A stretch of DNA of 64,000 nucleotides, from the NCBI GenBank assembly GCA_965153285.1, contig OZ229114.1; one strand, given 5' to 3'. This stretch comes from Podarcis tiliguerta. Taxonomy: Eukaryota. The notes below the pieces were generated by a model. That model saw only the letters and a list, made by a program, of their open reading frames with translations, searched no databases and was not told the origin of the DNA. Positions within the stretch are counted from its first letter, which is position 1, and each line of letters begins with the position of its first letter. Positions 62,291 through 64,000 of this stretch are shown here, in pieces. A program made the translations under genes and the position numbers.

Positions 62291-63221
62291 GTCGAAATTT
62301 GCAACTGAACCTGGGGGAGAGGGAACAAGCCACCCCCTTAAAAAAAAAAAAAAGTAGCAGGTTTTGCTGAGTCCGATTTTGAATCAAGCCAAGGAAAGAC
62401 ATCGCTAGCCTGTAGTCAGGATTAGGATTGCTATCATACTGCTTGAGGTCTCTGAAACATTAACACCTATACCCAGCCTGTGCTTATTTAACTCAGCTCT
62501 TTGTAAGTGATGACCAAATCCCAATGGGAGAGCTGCATACTCACATGCCCCACTACCTCCAAAAGCTTTCCTTAAAGCCTTTATTAAAAGATTTATTTCC
62601 ATTCCTGCTGGAACAAATTCATTCTGCGCTATGGCCTGAAGCACTCTGAAACTCCGGCGCTGATAAAAATCACCAGAGGAGCGGACTACCGCAGACAAGG
62701 GTTTTGATATTTAGAAGGCCTTGCGCCCGCAGCAGCTGCCACACCGCTCCACTCAACTACCATGGCTGCTGAGAAGAATGGAGGGAGGGAATGCTCTTTG
62801 GGCAACAAGATTCTAGGGCATTCTGATTAAGCAGCCACTGTAATTGACCTCCAGAGTAAATGGGTAGCCAGGGGCAAGAGAGAAAGGGGGGTGGGTAGAT
62901 TTTGCATATGTAGAGTGGCCTACTTAAGTATACTCCAATATGAACTTATAGGACCGTCACTGAAATTCTACTCAGTATTGATCCAGAGCAGATTCCAATG
63001 TATAGTTAGCAGAGTAGAAACTTAAACACGTTGCAGGATTCCCAGAAATAGACCAGAGGCAATTAATATTTCATCCAGCAGAGCTTTACTGCTATGGAAG
63101 GCAAATGAGAATAGTGGTTACAAATCCAGTACATTCAGGATTGGCACTGTCCATAAGAAATCCAGTTGCAGCAGACTTAACTTAAACTTACAGTAACTTA
63201 TAGTAAGACTAAACCTTAATA

Positions 63222-63515
63222 CAGTAGTACCTCGGGTTAAGTATTTAAGGTCTGTACTTAACCTGAAACTGTTCTTAACCTGAGTTAAGTTAACCTGGGT
63301 TAAGTATTTAAGGTCTGTACTTAACCTGAAACTGTTCTTAACCTGAAGCACCACTTTAGCTAATGGGGCCTCCCGCTGCCGCTGCACTGCTGGAGCACAA
63401 TTTCTGTTTTCATCCTGAAGCAAAGTTCTTAACCTGAAGCACTATTTCTGGGTTAGCGGAGTCTGTAACCTGAAGCATATGTAACCTGAAGTGTATGTAA
63501 CCCGAGGTACCACTG
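63222..63515. mobile_element. Tigger/pogo-like MITE with internal duplication
   Basis: TA|cagtagtacctcgggtta...taacccgaggtaccactg|TA; same family as 43355-43577. Confidence 0.93.
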
Positions 63516-64000
63516 TACTATATATAGAAAACCACACCGGTAGGAAAAGAGATAGAAAGTGAAAGTGAAACCCAGGGTCCTTCTGGCCTATTTTTATAAT
63601 CAGCATGACCTCAACAGAAGAGATAAGAGAACCAGTTTATGCCAGCTGTACTCATCTTCTCTAAAGGAATAACCCAAACATCATGAACTTTCTGATTGTT
63701 TCTTTCACACTGAGAAGCTTGCAGAACCCTCTTGAATTAATTAGAATAAGAAAGATCTCTACAAATCAGATCAATACTTTCTGCACTAAGAAATGCAAAC
63801 TGACAAGGACATCTCAGTTTTCATCGGAGAAATGTTGGATGGTATGCATAAAATTTATCTTTTTGAATGCATTCATTTGCAGCCTTCTGAATGCAAAAAT
63901 GCTGCAGTTTTCCATGGGTGCTATCTGCATAATTCTGATCAGTATTGTGTGTACGTTGACCAATAAGGTGACAAGGTGAAAGCGGCTGTGGGTATACTTC

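Noticed and set aside
62405-62698. 97-aa minus-strand ORF
   Set aside because: Non-ATG start, no recognisable homology or exon boundaries

Overview
Eukaryotic, essentially non-coding vertebrate DNA (intron or intergenic). The repeat complement points to a squamate reptile, most likely a lacertid lizard: Sauria/Squam1 SINEs with (ACCTTT)n tails, Squam2 and Squam3 SINEs, RTE-BovB, squamate L2/L1/CR1 3' ends, hAT and Tc1/pogo MITEs, and Gypsy-type solo LTRs. I could not identify a host protein-coding gene. The only ORFs with recognisable homology are transposon relics: L2 and BovB ORF2 C-termini, L1 zinc-knuckle/C-terminus, and a Ty3/Gypsy gag. Most notable observations: (1) three, possibly four, solo LTRs carry a conserved ~100-codon acidic / SPRT / basic reading frame in U3; (2) a four-layer nested insertion at ~21.5-23.65 kb; (3) a pile-up at 40.0-41.9 kb containing an L1 inserted in an L1 zinc knuckle, a ~140-146 bp satellite remnant and a gag relic split by L2; (4) a local 160-bp duplication, several strong hairpins and a few isolated splice-signal candidates. 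All family assignments are by eye from remembered consensus features, with no database search, and boundaries without a TSD are approximate.
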